IMG/VR virus record: IMGVR_UViG_3300031963_000147
Span: 1 to 62,080 of that record
Strand: one strand, 5' to 3'
DNA: 62,080 bases
Origin: a virus
Taxonomy: Duplodnaviria; Caudoviricetes
Within the stretch, counting starts at the first letter, position 1. Every line of letters begins with the position of its first letter. The position numbers were made by a program, and so were the translations under genes. A model generated the notes under the pieces. It did no database searches. It worked only from the letters and a program-made list of their open reading frames with translations, and was not told the DNA's origin. Of this stretch, positions 1 through 9,373 are shown piece after piece.

Positions 1-2
1 GA

Positions 3-491
3 CGATCAGAAGTAGGCCGAAAGGGAGGACTTGCAAAAGCAGGGAAAACAGAGCCCAAGCCTGAGAAGATCAAGCCGAAAAAGAAGGAGAAGTATCAACC
101 ATCGAAGGACGGAGCAGCTTTTGCTGAATGGTTCCTGAAAACATACAAGCCTGAATCAGCCAACATAAATTCAGAAACTCTTCTCAAATGGGCATCCGTC
201 TATGACGATCTTATTACCAAAGACAAGAAGACAAAAGAAGACGTTGTGAACGCTGTGAAGTGGGCAAAAACAGACGAATTTTGGAAGACCAATTTTCTCA
301 GCCCATTGAAATTGAGAACCAAAAACAAAGAAGGAATTTACTACATTGACGTATTTATTCAGAAGGCCGTTGAGCACCTGAATTCAAAGAAACGATCAAA
401 ATCAGAACTTGCAGGTACAGCCCCGCTTCCTGGACAATTAAGACACCCGATCACCGGAGAATGGTATTTCCCTGATAAGAAGAAAGCATGA
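3..491 (+). CDS. Phage replication initiator / replisome organiser, 5'-truncated by the window edge
   Basis: Frame is open from nt 3 (RSEVGRKGGLAKA...) into the 246-491 ORF. RSExGRKGG and W..DEFW..N.LSP.KLR segments are typical of phage initiators; ATGA overlap with dnaB. Confidence 0.6.
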   Translation, partial: RSEVGRKGGLAKAGKTEPKPEKIKPKKKEKYQPSKDGAAFAEWFLKTYKPESANINSETLLKWASVYDDLITKDKKTKEDVVNAVKWAKTDEFWKTNFLSPLKLRTKNKEGIYYIDVFIQKAVEHLNSKKRSKSELAGTAPLPGQLRHPITGEWYFPDKKKA

Positions 492-1996
492 ACCAGCAGT
501 CACATAATAAGAGATACACCAAGAAAAAACCTTTGCCAGATATGTCAGAGGTAATGGGGAAGATGCCGCCTAACGCAATAGACTTGGAGGCTGGTGTCAT
601 TGGCGCGATCATGCTCGAAAAAAATGCAATCATTCAAGTTGCAGACGACCTGAAACCGGATGTTTTTTATGACGCAAAGCACAAACTGATTTACAGAGCA
701 ATATCAGAACTTCACAGAAAGCAGCAGCCGATTGATATTTTAACGGTAACACACCAGCTCCGGAAGTTTGGAGAACTAGAAGCAGCCGGAGGTCCTTTGT
801 ATGTATCACAACTGACAGACAGAGTTTCTTCCTCTGCAAACATTACAACGCATTCGAAGATCATCGTTGAGAAATACATTCTCAGGGAAATGGCATTATT
901 AGGAAGCCAAGTGCACGCAATGGCTATGGATGATATGACTGACGTTTTCGACGTTATGGATCACCACAACAGGGAGATAAATCGGATTTATTCAGAGAAC
1001 GTAAAAGCAGACGCCGTATCGGTTAAATCCCTGCTTAAAGCCATGCTTTCTGATGTTGAAGACAGAAACAAAGGAGGATCTGGAGGACAGTTGTTTTCGG
1101 GAATATCGGCAGTTGACAATATTACTTCTGGATGGGGAAGAGGTGAATTAATTGTGATAGGCGCCCGTCCTGGGATGGGGAAAACGGCATTTATCCTTTC
1201 TTGTGCACTGAATCAGGCACAACGAGGCGAGCCGGTGGCTATTTTCTCTTTGGAAATGACCAAACTTCAAATCTTGTACAGGCTGGCATCAATCGTTACC
1301 GGTATTGATCTGGAAACATTGTCAAAGAAAAAGCTGGATGATTCAAGGTGGATTCAACTGAGCCAAGCAATAGGCAAACTTGAATCACTTCCTATATTCA
1401 TTGACGATACTCCGGGTATCAACATTGTAGACCTTCGGGCCAAGTGTATGAGGCTGACGCAAAAAGAAGGCATCAAGTGCGTGTACGTTGACTACCTGCA
1501 GCTTATTACAATAAAACTAGCCGACAACAGAAGCAGAGAGAATGAAGTTTCTGAAATATCAAAATCCTTGAAAGTAGCGGCAAAAGAATGTGACATTCCT
1601 GTGGTGGCTTTGTCTCAACTTTCCAGACAGGTTGAAATGCGCCCCGTACATGATCGCAGACCCAAACTTTCGGATTTACGTGAATCAGGAAGCGTCGAGC
1701 AAGATGCAGACCAAGTGGCTTTCTTGTTCCGCCCAGAATACTACAACATCACCGAGGATGCCAACGGCGTATCTACTTCTGGGATAGGAGAATTCATTGT
1801 GACAAAAAACAGAAACGGCGGAACCGGAACAGCAATAATGAGATTTATCAATTATCTTGCACACTACTTGGATTACATTGCCGACACATGGACGCCAACA
1901 CAAAAAGTACGATTAGAAGAACATTCAGACGCTCGATCTGAATCAATCAAGCCTAACGACAGATGGGCAACATCAAACGAACCAGCACCTTTTTAA
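488..1996 (+). CDS. dnaB: Replicative DNA helicase DnaB
   Basis: N-terminal PPNAIDLEAGVIGA, Walker A GARPGMGKT, FSLEM, VDYLQL, LSQLSR, LRESGSVEQDAD, KNRNG. Confidence 0.97.
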   Translation: MNQQSHNKRYTKKKPLPDMSEVMGKMPPNAIDLEAGVIGAIMLEKNAIIQVADDLKPDVFYDAKHKLIYRAISELHRKQQPIDILTVTHQLRKFGELEAAGGPLYVSQLTDRVSSSANITTHSKIIVEKYILREMALLGSQVHAMAMDDMTDVFDVMDHHNREINRIYSENVKADAVSVKSLLKAMLSDVEDRNKGGSGGQLFSGISAVDNITSGWGRGELIVIGARPGMGKTAFILSCALNQAQRGEPVAIFSLEMTKLQILYRLASIVTGIDLETLSKKKLDDSRWIQLSQAIGKLESLPIFIDDTPGINIVDLRAKCMRLTQKEGIKCVYVDYLQLITIKLADNRSRENEVSEISKSLKVAAKECDIPVVALSQLSRQVEMRPVHDRRPKLSDLRESGSVEQDADQVAFLFRPEYYNITEDANGVSTSGIGEFIVTKNRNGGTGTAIMRFINYLAHYLDYIADTWTPTQKVRLEEHSDARSESIKPNDRWATSNEPAPF

Positions 1997-2008
1997 ATAC
2001 TAAATGAC

Positions 2009-2194
2009 ATGATCTACCCAAATGAAACACCCGCATTTTCAGAAGCAATTTGCAATTCAATAAATGCAGACAAAGACCTGAAGCCAGGAGACAAAGTAAC
2101 CGTTCTCGCATGGATGAAAGACCGAGTACAAGTTTTTATCAGCGGACAAAAGCGCTGGGTAAAAGCATCTAACTTCAATCCAGTGAAACCATGA
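2009..2194 (+). CDS. Small hypothetical protein (possible SH3-like beta fold)
   Basis: 61-aa ORF, ATG start, ATGA-coupled to the next gene; LKPGDKVTV...KRWV pattern. Confidence 0.55.
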   Translation: MIYPNETPAFSEAICNSINADKDLKPGDKVTVLAWMKDRVQVFISGQKRWVKASNFNPVKP

Positions 2195-2553
2195 GAATCA
2201 ACTTGACAAATCCGGCAAATCCAATGTTCCGAGCCGGACAGGACGTGATATGTATAGAAGGCCATCCGGATCCAAACGGCGTGAAAAAAGACGTGATTTA
2301 TACTATCAATGAAGTCCTTTGCCAGACGTGCGGATGTGGAATAAACTTCCTTGTAGATGTAGGCATAACGGACTATGTAAACACCGTCGGACACAACGCT
2401 CAGTGTCAAGGATGTCAACAGATTGTAGGAAAACACGACGGCAAGTGGTGGTTTTCCGAAAAACGATTTGCTCCGCTTCAAACACTTGGAGAAGAAGTTG
2501 ACCTGGAAGAATCACTTCGGGAGATATTCGAAAAAAAGCCTTTTGAACTTTAA
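2191..2553 (+). CDS. Hypothetical protein with Cys pairs (possible Zn ribbon)
   Basis: 120 aa; CQTCGC and CQGC motifs; coupled to the upstream ORF. Confidence 0.65.
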   Translation: MRINLTNPANPMFRAGQDVICIEGHPDPNGVKKDVIYTINEVLCQTCGCGINFLVDVGITDYVNTVGHNAQCQGCQQIVGKHDGKWWFSEKRFAPLQTLGEEVDLEESLREIFEKKPFEL

Positions 2554-2661
2554 TCAGATGAAGAGACAATCAATCATATCCTACCTTAGCAACAATAGCG
2601 ACGGTACATTTCAAGCGGCCATGAATAGCTGGGCGCAACAACTTAATTCAGATTTACCAAG

Positions 2662-2838
2662 ATGAAAAGACCAAGAATCAAAACAAGACCCCTCGCGGGA
2701 AGCAGCATGTTGAGAAAGGCTATGCTTGCACATGCGATCAATAATTCAAACAACAACTTCCGGGAAAACTACGCTCCGTCATTCATCCCAAATGACGAGA
2801 ATAGATCAATCGGAGATCAAGGAGAAGGAAAGGAATAA
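2662..2838 (+). CDS. Small hypothetical protein (58 aa, not in the ORF track)
   Basis: ATG at 2662 (MKRPRIKTRPLAG...); its TAA overlaps the ninG ATG (TAATG). Confidence 0.45.
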   Translation: MKRPRIKTRPLAGSSMLRKAMLAHAINNSNNNFRENYAPSFIPNDENRSIGDQGEGKE

Positions 2839-3482
2839 TGCCCAAGTGTAAAGCCTGCAAAAAAGCATTCAATCCTCAGTACCCTAAACAGGCGTGCTGC
2901 TCTATTCGTTGTGCCATCGAACTTTCAAAGATCAAGGATGAAGTTCAGAAACAGGAAATGCGTCATGTAAGAGAATGGAAAAAAGCAAAGAAAACAGAGC
3001 ACAAAAAACATGGTCATTATGAATCTGACCTTCAGACCGAGATCAATGCGATCATCCGAATCATTGATAAAGGACAATACTGCATCAGTCATCAAGGACC
3101 TGGGAAAAAAATAAACGCTGGTCACTACCATTCAGTAGGGGCAAACAACTCTATCCGCTTTAACCTTCTCAACATTTGGCTGCAGTGTGAATCCTGTAAC
3201 GGATACAAATCATCCAACAGAAGCGGATACGATGTCGGTCTGGTGGCAATCTTCGGACAAGATCACTGGCTCTACATAAATCAGGGAATTGTCAGGGATT
3301 ATCCGATCATCAAAATGTCAATACCTGAACTGATTGAGAAAACCAAGCTGGCGCGAAGCATCAAGAACAGACTTCTTGCAAATCCTCCATTAATCATGTC
3401 AGACGAAGACCGGTGGAGAATCAGAGAAGAGATCAACGAAGAAATAGGAATTTATCATAAATCACAATTTTATCAGCCATGA
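2838..3482 (+). CDS. ninG: NinG/Rap-like HNH recombination endonuclease
   Basis: N-terminal CxxC...CSxxC, then CIS...NAGHY.SVGA....RF...NI..QC..CN...S.N, the lambda NinG pattern. Confidence 0.85.
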   Translation: MPKCKACKKAFNPQYPKQACCSIRCAIELSKIKDEVQKQEMRHVREWKKAKKTEHKKHGHYESDLQTEINAIIRIIDKGQYCISHQGPGKKINAGHYHSVGANNSIRFNLLNIWLQCESCNGYKSSNRSGYDVGLVAIFGQDHWLYINQGIVRDYPIIKMSIPELIEKTKLARSIKNRLLANPPLIMSDEDRWRIREEINEEIGIYHKSQFYQP

Positions 3483-3880
3483 GCAACAACCAGAGAAAAG
3501 TAACCATCACAGGAACCATTTATCGGATAGGCGAAGCAAAACAAGTGTCCGACAACTTCACTGTAAAACCGATCGTGCTTCAAGTCATAGAAACATACGG
3601 AAGCCCTCCAAAGCAAAAGAAGCACCTTATCGAGTTTCAGTTTGCCAATTCCAGAATATCTGAAATCAATCCATACACGGAGGGAGAAGAAGTGACTATT
3701 GAAGCTGAATTAACCGGAAGAGAATGGAACGACAAGATATTCCTGCAGCTTTCCGGGTGGGCCTGTAAACCAAGAGAAAGGCAGAACATATCTGATCTGC
3801 CGGCACAAACGCCATCCGCACCGACTGAATCAAGTCCGAGACAGGCGTACACACCTGCCGACGATGATCTTCCTTTCTGA
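3479..3880 (+). CDS. DUF3127 OB-fold single-stranded DNA-binding protein
   Basis: ITGTI...F...IEFQF...GEEVTIEAELTGREWNDK.F..LSGW core plus an acidic SSB-type tail (DDDLPF). Confidence 0.85.
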   Translation: MSNNQRKVTITGTIYRIGEAKQVSDNFTVKPIVLQVIETYGSPPKQKKHLIEFQFANSRISEINPYTEGEEVTIEAELTGREWNDKIFLQLSGWACKPRERQNISDLPAQTPSAPTESSPRQAYTPADDDLPF

Positions 3881-3883
3881 AAC

Positions 3884-3912
3884 AAAAAAGCCCCTCCGTT
3901 GAGGGGCTTTTT
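3884..3912. terminator. Bidirectional intrinsic terminator between convergent modules
   Basis: AAAAAAGCCCCTC-CGTT-GAGGGGCTTTTT, with A and T tracts on both sides. Confidence 0.85.
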
Positions 3913-3970
3913 AAATTATGCCTAAACCTTTTCATGTGCTTGTCTACCAGTTAACAGACAAACGTGGGTG

Positions 3971-4438
3971 TCAAATATACACAGTATTTTTCTGCACAGC
4001 AATCATTCTTGCACGGCGGATCTCTTCGGATTTATTCACATTTGCCAAGTCACTGAATCTCCAATTATCCACCGTCACACCAACTTTGTTTTGTCTCCAA
4101 AGAACGCAGGCTTCATGCGGCAATTCTTCGGTGACAACAAACCGGTTTTCACTTCCTTGTGGAGCCTTGGAAAATACAATGCCTGCATATTTTCGAACCG
4201 CACCTTCCAGCCATGTGGCGATTGCGCAAAATCCCTGATTCTCTTCGTGAATCAAGTATTCATCTGCGGCAATATCCAACCGATCAGTAACGGTAAATTT
4301 AGAGCGCACCGATGATTCCGGTATCTGCGCGAAAGGAATGTTGTCTGACCCACACGGGAAAACAACGCCGATGTATGTTGTGGAGCCTGGAGAAACTTCA
4401 ATCTCCAACAGGTCTCCTTTGGGTGTAGCCTTTATCAT
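3971..4438 (-). CDS. Hypothetical protein (end of late region)
   Basis: 155-aa ATG ORF in the - strand block. Confidence 0.65.
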   Translation of the reverse strand: MIKATPKGDLLEIEVSPGSTTYIGVVFPCGSDNIPFAQIPESSVRSKFTVTDRLDIAADEYLIHEENQGFCAIATWLEGAVRKYAGIVFSKAPQGSENRFVVTEELPHEACVLWRQNKVGVTVDNWRFSDLANVNKSEEIRRARMIAVQKNTVYI

Positions 4439-4455
4439 TTTGCTTCCTCCTTGAT

Positions 4456-5235
4456 TTAAAGTTTGAATTTGATTTCACCTGAATCAAGGTCGAGTTCAGA
4501 CCAAGATTCCCATTCCTTCGCCCCAAGGGGAGAATTGATAAACACCAAGCGGATCTTGCATCCAGGCGTTACTTGGAAAGAATGGCTTCCAACGTCATAT
4601 CCCGGAGCATTTGCCTGAACGATACCAACAGAAGACGCACTTGCATCCAAGATGGCGAAATGTTTCAATCGGGGCGTGTATGCCGGCTTTTGAAGCGCTG
4701 GTGATACGCATTCCCATTTTCCGCCATTAGCATCAATCATTTGCCAACTTACGGCAAAAGAGGACATGGATTCAGGACTGAAGGGCATCCTCCACTGAGA
4801 AAGAGGATTTGTCAGCAGAAAGTCTGAATAAAACATCTTCTGGATAAAAATGTTATTGTAAACCTTCGTTTCATCCTTTGTCATGTAGGAATGGATGGAG
4901 GAAAATTCCTTTTCCTTCCTTGGGCGCACCACATAATAACCGGTAGGAAACTTGATTTTGTACCCGCCATTAAACGGTTCAATTTCACAGTTTACTCCAG
5001 AGCGCAGTTCGCCGGAAAGAAGCAGATCAGTTCCCAAAGACTGTGCTCCGAGCTGTTCCATCCAAAGGCATTGCTTTTTCTCTGTGCGAACTACTCTTCC
5101 AGATGAAGATTCAATCACAGGCACGGTGAGAATTTCCGGCTTGTAATTCATCCTGGAGACCATCACGCAGTCTTCAAGGAAAACATTCTCAGGTATGATG
5201 CCCAGAATGTCGGGTGAATACTCTACTTTATTCAT
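4456..5235 (-). CDS. Hypothetical protein
   Basis: 259-aa ATG ORF, tightly packed with neighbours. Confidence 0.7.
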   Translation of the reverse strand: MNKVEYSPDILGIIPENVFLEDCVMVSRMNYKPEILTVPVIESSSGRVVRTEKKQCLWMEQLGAQSLGTDLLLSGELRSGVNCEIEPFNGGYKIKFPTGYYVVRPRKEKEFSSIHSYMTKDETKVYNNIFIQKMFYSDFLLTNPLSQWRMPFSPESMSSFAVSWQMIDANGGKWECVSPALQKPAYTPRLKHFAILDASASSVGIVQANAPGYDVGSHSFQVTPGCKIRLVFINSPLGAKEWESWSELDLDSGEIKFKL

Positions 5236-5248
5236 TGAGTTGGGGGAT

Positions 5249-5539
5249 TTACGGTATAGATTCCTCCGCAGGCGGTGTTTCCGCCGGAGGAATTACCAGG
5301 TTGTTTTCCATGCAAAAAGCGACAAACGCGAAGTCTGGGCTCCAGTCAAGGAGCTCGGCCAAACGATCTTTTTTTGCTTGATTGGACTGAATGAGGTCAA
5401 TCATCTGACCATGAACTCCAGCAACCGTGGTAGGTTGTCCTGAATCCAGCGCCAGTGTTGCTACCGATCCATTACTTGATCTGGTCACGTTCATTTGAAC
5501 GCGGGTTGGTGAAAGAACTGAGAATGTGTATTGTGCCAT
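5249..5539 (-). CDS. Hypothetical protein (possible tail-fibre accessory)
   Basis: 96 aa, directly downstream of the fibre-like gene. Confidence 0.6.
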   Translation of the reverse strand: MAQYTFSVLSPTRVQMNVTRSSNGSVATLALDSGQPTTVAGVHGQMIDLIQSNQAKKDRLAELLDWSPDFAFVAFCMENNLVIPPAETPPAEESIP

Positions 5540-5542
5540 TTT

Positions 5543-7234
5543 TTAGTATGTGCTTTCGAGTGATCCCCAGAAGGAAGATATTGGCGCTGATGGGGCGGCA
5601 GCATTGTTTTGAACCTTCATTGTAGCCCTGTCTCCGGCTGCATAGGTCGTTGTATTTACCAGGTCTGAATAAATACCAGCAGCACTTCCAGCGGCAATCG
5701 TAACCGATGTTGCTCCGTCAGAAAAAGCGCCCATTCCGGTTGCTGCTCTGGGATTAATGACAAGCGACCCTCCAGCGGACTGCGCTCCATTGATATAAAC
5801 ATACAACCTTTGATATACACCTCCGATACCGATCACGACTGCCCTGTTTACCTCCGTAGTGGAATCGGTTCCTATACCAAAGTAAAACGAGTAAAACGTA
5901 GTAGTAGATGCCGCCACTGTGTCTGAAAGTGGAGACATGAAAATAGGGGTGATGTTCTTAATCCCTAGCGTAGTTCTTTGAGCCGCAGCGTTAGCGTCAT
6001 CAAGTATGGCTCTTCCAGCAGCGGTGCAGTCTATTTCTTCAATCGTCCCCGCTCCGGCTGTTGACCTACCTAGAATCTTGTCCGTAGCCGATACGTTTTG
6101 AATCTTCGCGTAAGTCACTGCTTGGTCGGCAATTCCGTTGGTTGCAACCTTTGCGTATTCCGCTTCTCCGGTGGATGCGTTTTGAAGAATAAGAGGCAAA
6201 CCAACCGTGGCGGATCCTGCTGCAACATTCGGCGTTCCAATAAACAAAGCATTGGACAATACCTCGAAGAAAGTGCGGACACCGGCGCCAAATGCTTGAA
6301 GGACACCTTTGTATGTTCCTCCGCCCATATCATACGCCCTGGTTCCCGCATACTTTGTTCCAGTAGAGTTTATGATCGTTGTGGCTACCTCGGATGAATC
6401 AGCATGAATAATCCCGTCTTGGCTTCCGTTGGTAGAAACCACTTCGAATTCACCGGCAACGTTTATGTAGTAATTCAGGAATTTATCCCACGTAAAGCTA
6501 TTGCCGTCACCATCTACCGTATTGTCCTTGTCCATGGTGGCACCGGCGTCGATGGTCCCCTGCAGATCACTTCCTCCTGTGCCGCCTCCTGAGTTATCGA
6601 ACCAAACACAGAACTGTGCATTTGCATCGTAGGTGGTAAGCCCATCAATCACAGTGGCATCCCATGTCGCTACCGTACCGACAGCAGCATATCCGGTAAT
6701 CTCAAAAACAGTGAATTTCGTCTTGTCGGCCTTGGAAATAAAGTACACCCATGCCCCAGACACATAATGATGAAGCAGGTTGGTGAAGTCTTGTCCTATG
6801 TTCGACAGAAAAGAAACAGAAAGTTTTCCAGTTCCTGAATCATAATACCAGTCTCCATCACCAACAGGGGAATCATATTCGTACTCCGTCCAGCAGCAGT
6901 CTTGTGTATTTGGATTTGAATCGTCACAGCAACATCCTTTGAGAATATTGCCCACCAAGTATTGATAGATAAGCTGTGCACGGGTGTTGTAATCATCCGG
7001 AGTAGTCCGCGTAGTAGAAAGTGCCGTGTATGTTCTGGTGCTTACCCCGTCGCTGATCTCGGTTATCGCGTACACATAGAATTCAAACCATCCATCGTCA
7101 CAAAGCAGGCGGACCTTCCCGTTTGTCAGGTCCATTTCCTTAATTACAGTGATTGGCCGAATCAAATTTGATCCGTTCCAGAACAACACAAGGTTGCTGG
7201 CAATTTTCTGTATCTTGGTAACGGTGACTATCAT
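5543..7234 (-). CDS. Putative tail fibre / virion appendage protein
   Basis: 563 aa, G/T/A/S-rich. Fibre-type segments IADQAVTYAKIQNV and AGRAILDDANAAAQRTTLG; beta-rich C-terminus. Confidence 0.7.
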   Translation of the reverse strand: MIVTVTKIQKIASNLVLFWNGSNLIRPITVIKEMDLTNGKVRLLCDDGWFEFYVYAITEISDGVSTRTYTALSTTRTTPDDYNTRAQLIYQYLVGNILKGCCCDDSNPNTQDCCWTEYEYDSPVGDGDWYYDSGTGKLSVSFLSNIGQDFTNLLHHYVSGAWVYFISKADKTKFTVFEITGYAAVGTVATWDATVIDGLTTYDANAQFCVWFDNSGGGTGGSDLQGTIDAGATMDKDNTVDGDGNSFTWDKFLNYYINVAGEFEVVSTNGSQDGIIHADSSEVATTIINSTGTKYAGTRAYDMGGGTYKGVLQAFGAGVRTFFEVLSNALFIGTPNVAAGSATVGLPLILQNASTGEAEYAKVATNGIADQAVTYAKIQNVSATDKILGRSTAGAGTIEEIDCTAAGRAILDDANAAAQRTTLGIKNITPIFMSPLSDTVAASTTTFYSFYFGIGTDSTTEVNRAVVIGIGGVYQRLYVYINGAQSAGGSLVINPRAATGMGAFSDGATSVTIAAGSAAGIYSDLVNTTTYAAGDRATMKVQNNAAAPSAPISSFWGSLESTY

Positions 7235-7947
7235 TCTGCGGATGTTTGTGCTAATTCCTGAATCTCTTCATCAGTAGCAAATTTCGCAAACTCTTCCAGT
7301 GTCTTGAATGATTCAGCCCATTTTGTTTTGGAGAATTTATCCTCCGTCCATCCGTCAGCGGACAGATCATCGAAAACATCGAACCAGTTTTCCCTGGCTT
7401 CTCTCTTGGTTGTCTTACCGGTAGACGCCGGTTTTTTAGGCTTCTCGGTCACAGTGGTCAATCCGGATGATGCGGGGAAGAATCTCCGGGCGATCTCTTG
7501 GACGGTCAGCCGTTTGCCTGTTGCGGCCAATTCATTACGATACTGGATGAATGGGTCAACGTCTATTCCGGATTCAAGCATGCTGTCCAACAATCTTTCT
7601 ACTCCCTTGGTCTTGTACTCCATGACCTTCTTTCGGTTCCAGACAACGATCTCCTTTTCAGAAATAGGATCACCGGAATATTTCACTTCGACGGACTGTT
7701 CGAGAAGCAGCAAAAGCGCCTTCAGTTCTGCCAGGTCGTAAGCTGATTCAGACGATGTTTTATCGTGCACCCTTCCGCAATATTGCCTTCCCTGTGATTC
7801 TACCCAACATTCGATTATGTGTGGTGGGCTTGGGCGCGGAGGCGACACAAAAGAATACGGAACCGACAGCAGGTTAAGTTTTCCCCGCACTTCCTTGATG
7901 ACAAGGTGCGTCTTTGAGAATGGATTTGCGATGTTGATCTCAATCAT
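7231..7947 (-). CDS. Hypothetical protein
   Basis: 238 aa, ATGA-coupled on both sides. Confidence 0.7.
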   Translation of the reverse strand: MIEINIANPFSKTHLVIKEVRGKLNLLSVPYSFVSPPRPSPPHIIECWVESQGRQYCGRVHDKTSSESAYDLAELKALLLLLEQSVEVKYSGDPISEKEIVVWNRKKVMEYKTKGVERLLDSMLESGIDVDPFIQYRNELAATGKRLTVQEIARRFFPASSGLTTVTEKPKKPASTGKTTKREARENWFDVFDDLSADGWTEDKFSKTKWAESFKTLEEFAKFATDEEIQELAQTSAE

Positions 7948-8462
7948 ATCTGTGCGAGCTGGAAGTGCATTGGATCGAGCCTTGAACGGAAATGTCCACC
8001 CCAGTCAAAGCCGGCGTCGGTGAAACATTTGACAAATTCAGGGCTGAACTTTCCTTTTGTTCCAAGCTGATTTTCAAAAGCATTGAAGTCTACTGCTATG
8101 GCCCACGCGTGCAGGGAAAGGAATTTCACCGCCTCTTCTAAATCCCCTCTGGTCACAGCGCTGTTGTATTCATCTTCATACCCGCGAATAGGACGAACGT
8201 TGAAGCATCCGTCGAAAGTGCACACCTCGGTAATGCAGTTGGTCTGAATCAAGTTTTCAAATGCGGCCCCAAGCGGAGCCACCAAGTCTTTGTTGCAGAA
8301 AATCTTTGCTGGAATCTGATTGATTTCATACTTGGAAGGAACATCCCACATAATCATGTGGCCTTTTACCTTTCCTGGGAAACCATATTTTTCAAAACAT
8401 TGCTGAGAATTAACCATAAATACCGGATTTTTATATATTTGTGCCCGTTCTGCTGCTGTCAT
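7944..8462 (-). CDS. Endolysin, peptidase M15 (L-Ala-D-Glu peptidase-like)
   Basis: FNVR, SLHAWAIAVD (SxHxxxxAxD) and WGG...DPMHFQ Zn-binding motifs. Confidence 0.88.
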   Translation of the reverse strand: MTAAERAQIYKNPVFMVNSQQCFEKYGFPGKVKGHMIMWDVPSKYEINQIPAKIFCNKDLVAPLGAAFENLIQTNCITEVCTFDGCFNVRPIRGYEDEYNSAVTRGDLEEAVKFLSLHAWAIAVDFNAFENQLGTKGKFSPEFVKCFTDAGFDWGGHFRSRLDPMHFQLAQI

Positions 8463-8513
8463 TTACAGGCGGTTAGGGTCTAAAAGCCAGAAGGGATTCT
8501 CGGAACACTCTGG

Positions 8514-8550
8514 AAAAAGCGCCGGTCCATTCGACTTCCGGCGCTTTTTT
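8514..8550. terminator. Intrinsic terminator (symmetric A/T tracts)
   Basis: AAAAAGCGCCGG-N-CCGGCGCTTTTTT. Confidence 0.75.
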
Positions 8551-8553
8551 CGT

Positions 8554-9066
8554 TTAGAGCGCCGAGTTTAAGTTAAACGACAGTGGATTAAGCTGATACT
8601 GAACCTTTTTACCTTTAAAGTAGTAGTCTCCTTGCTGAAGGATGTTTCGCGCAACTTCTTTATTGCTTGTGTTGAATACAATCACCCTGGCTCCGGCAGG
8701 CGATATAGCGTTGTGCATTTGATCTGGCCGGTAAAGAACCATTTCCCCGGATTCCATTACGTCACCATTGATTAAATCAACAATCGTTCCTCCGAGAACC
8801 TTTACAATACAGTAGTGAGGATGCTTGTGTTTGGGAATGAATGAATGATTTGTGAATACCAATTCTGTGATTCTGACGTGATCGTTGGCGTATCGCTCGG
8901 TTATCATCACACCTTCGGAGCCCCCATTCAAAATTGTGCTCTTCTCCGGTATTGCCATTGCGATGTTGTCAACAACCTCGTAGTGAGACTTCATTGGCTT
9001 CATTAATTCCAGTGAAGTTGCCATCTGGCGGGCAAACTCTTTTGCATACGGATTCTTTGTTCCCAT
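8554..9066 (-). CDS. Cupin-fold protein
   Basis: IPKHKHPH...VLGG.....GE.V...PDQMHNA.S, a two-motif cupin metal-binding pattern. Confidence 0.65.
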   Translation of the reverse strand: MGTKNPYAKEFARQMATSLELMKPMKSHYEVVDNIAMAIPEKSTILNGGSEGVMITERYANDHVRITELVFTNHSFIPKHKHPHYCIVKVLGGTIVDLINGDVMESGEMVLYRPDQMHNAISPAGARVIVFNTSNKEVARNILQQGDYYFKGKKVQYQLNPLSFNLNSAL

Positions 9067-9067
9067 C

Positions 9068-9346
9068 TTAATGAGTTTTGATGTATTCCTTGATGTCCTT
9101 GATGTCGCTGGAAAGCTGTCCGAAATTCCTGAGCGTTTCGTTTACTTGGGCAAACGTCTCCGCATAGGATCTGGTCATTTCCAAAAGCTGCTTATTGGCT
9201 TCCTTGCGGTCCTTTCGTTCCCTGGTAAGAAACAAGACAAGCACGATAAGCCCTACAAACATGAAGATAATTAGAATACCGTACACGGTATCCGGAGACG
9301 TTTGAAATGATTTATCAATCACCTGATTTACGGTATTCTCGTTCAT
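9068..9346 (-). CDS. Putative holin (single TM, BhlA-like topology)
   Basis: 92 aa; one strong TM (VYGILIIFMFVGLIVLVLFL) followed by a basic/coiled tail; close to the endolysin. Confidence 0.55.
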   Translation of the reverse strand: MNENTVNQVIDKSFQTSPDTVYGILIIFMFVGLIVLVLFLTRERKDRKEANKQLLEMTRSYAETFAQVNETLRNFGQLSSDIKDIKEYIKTH

Positions 9347-9365
9347 TACGGTATCAGTGTTTTCG

Positions 9366-9373
9366 CAAATTTA
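9366..9373 (-). promoter_or_regulatory. Bacteroidota -7 promoter element upstream of the lysis genes
   Basis: TAAATTTG on the - strand (TAnnTTTG), 19 nt before the holin ATG. Confidence 0.55.
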
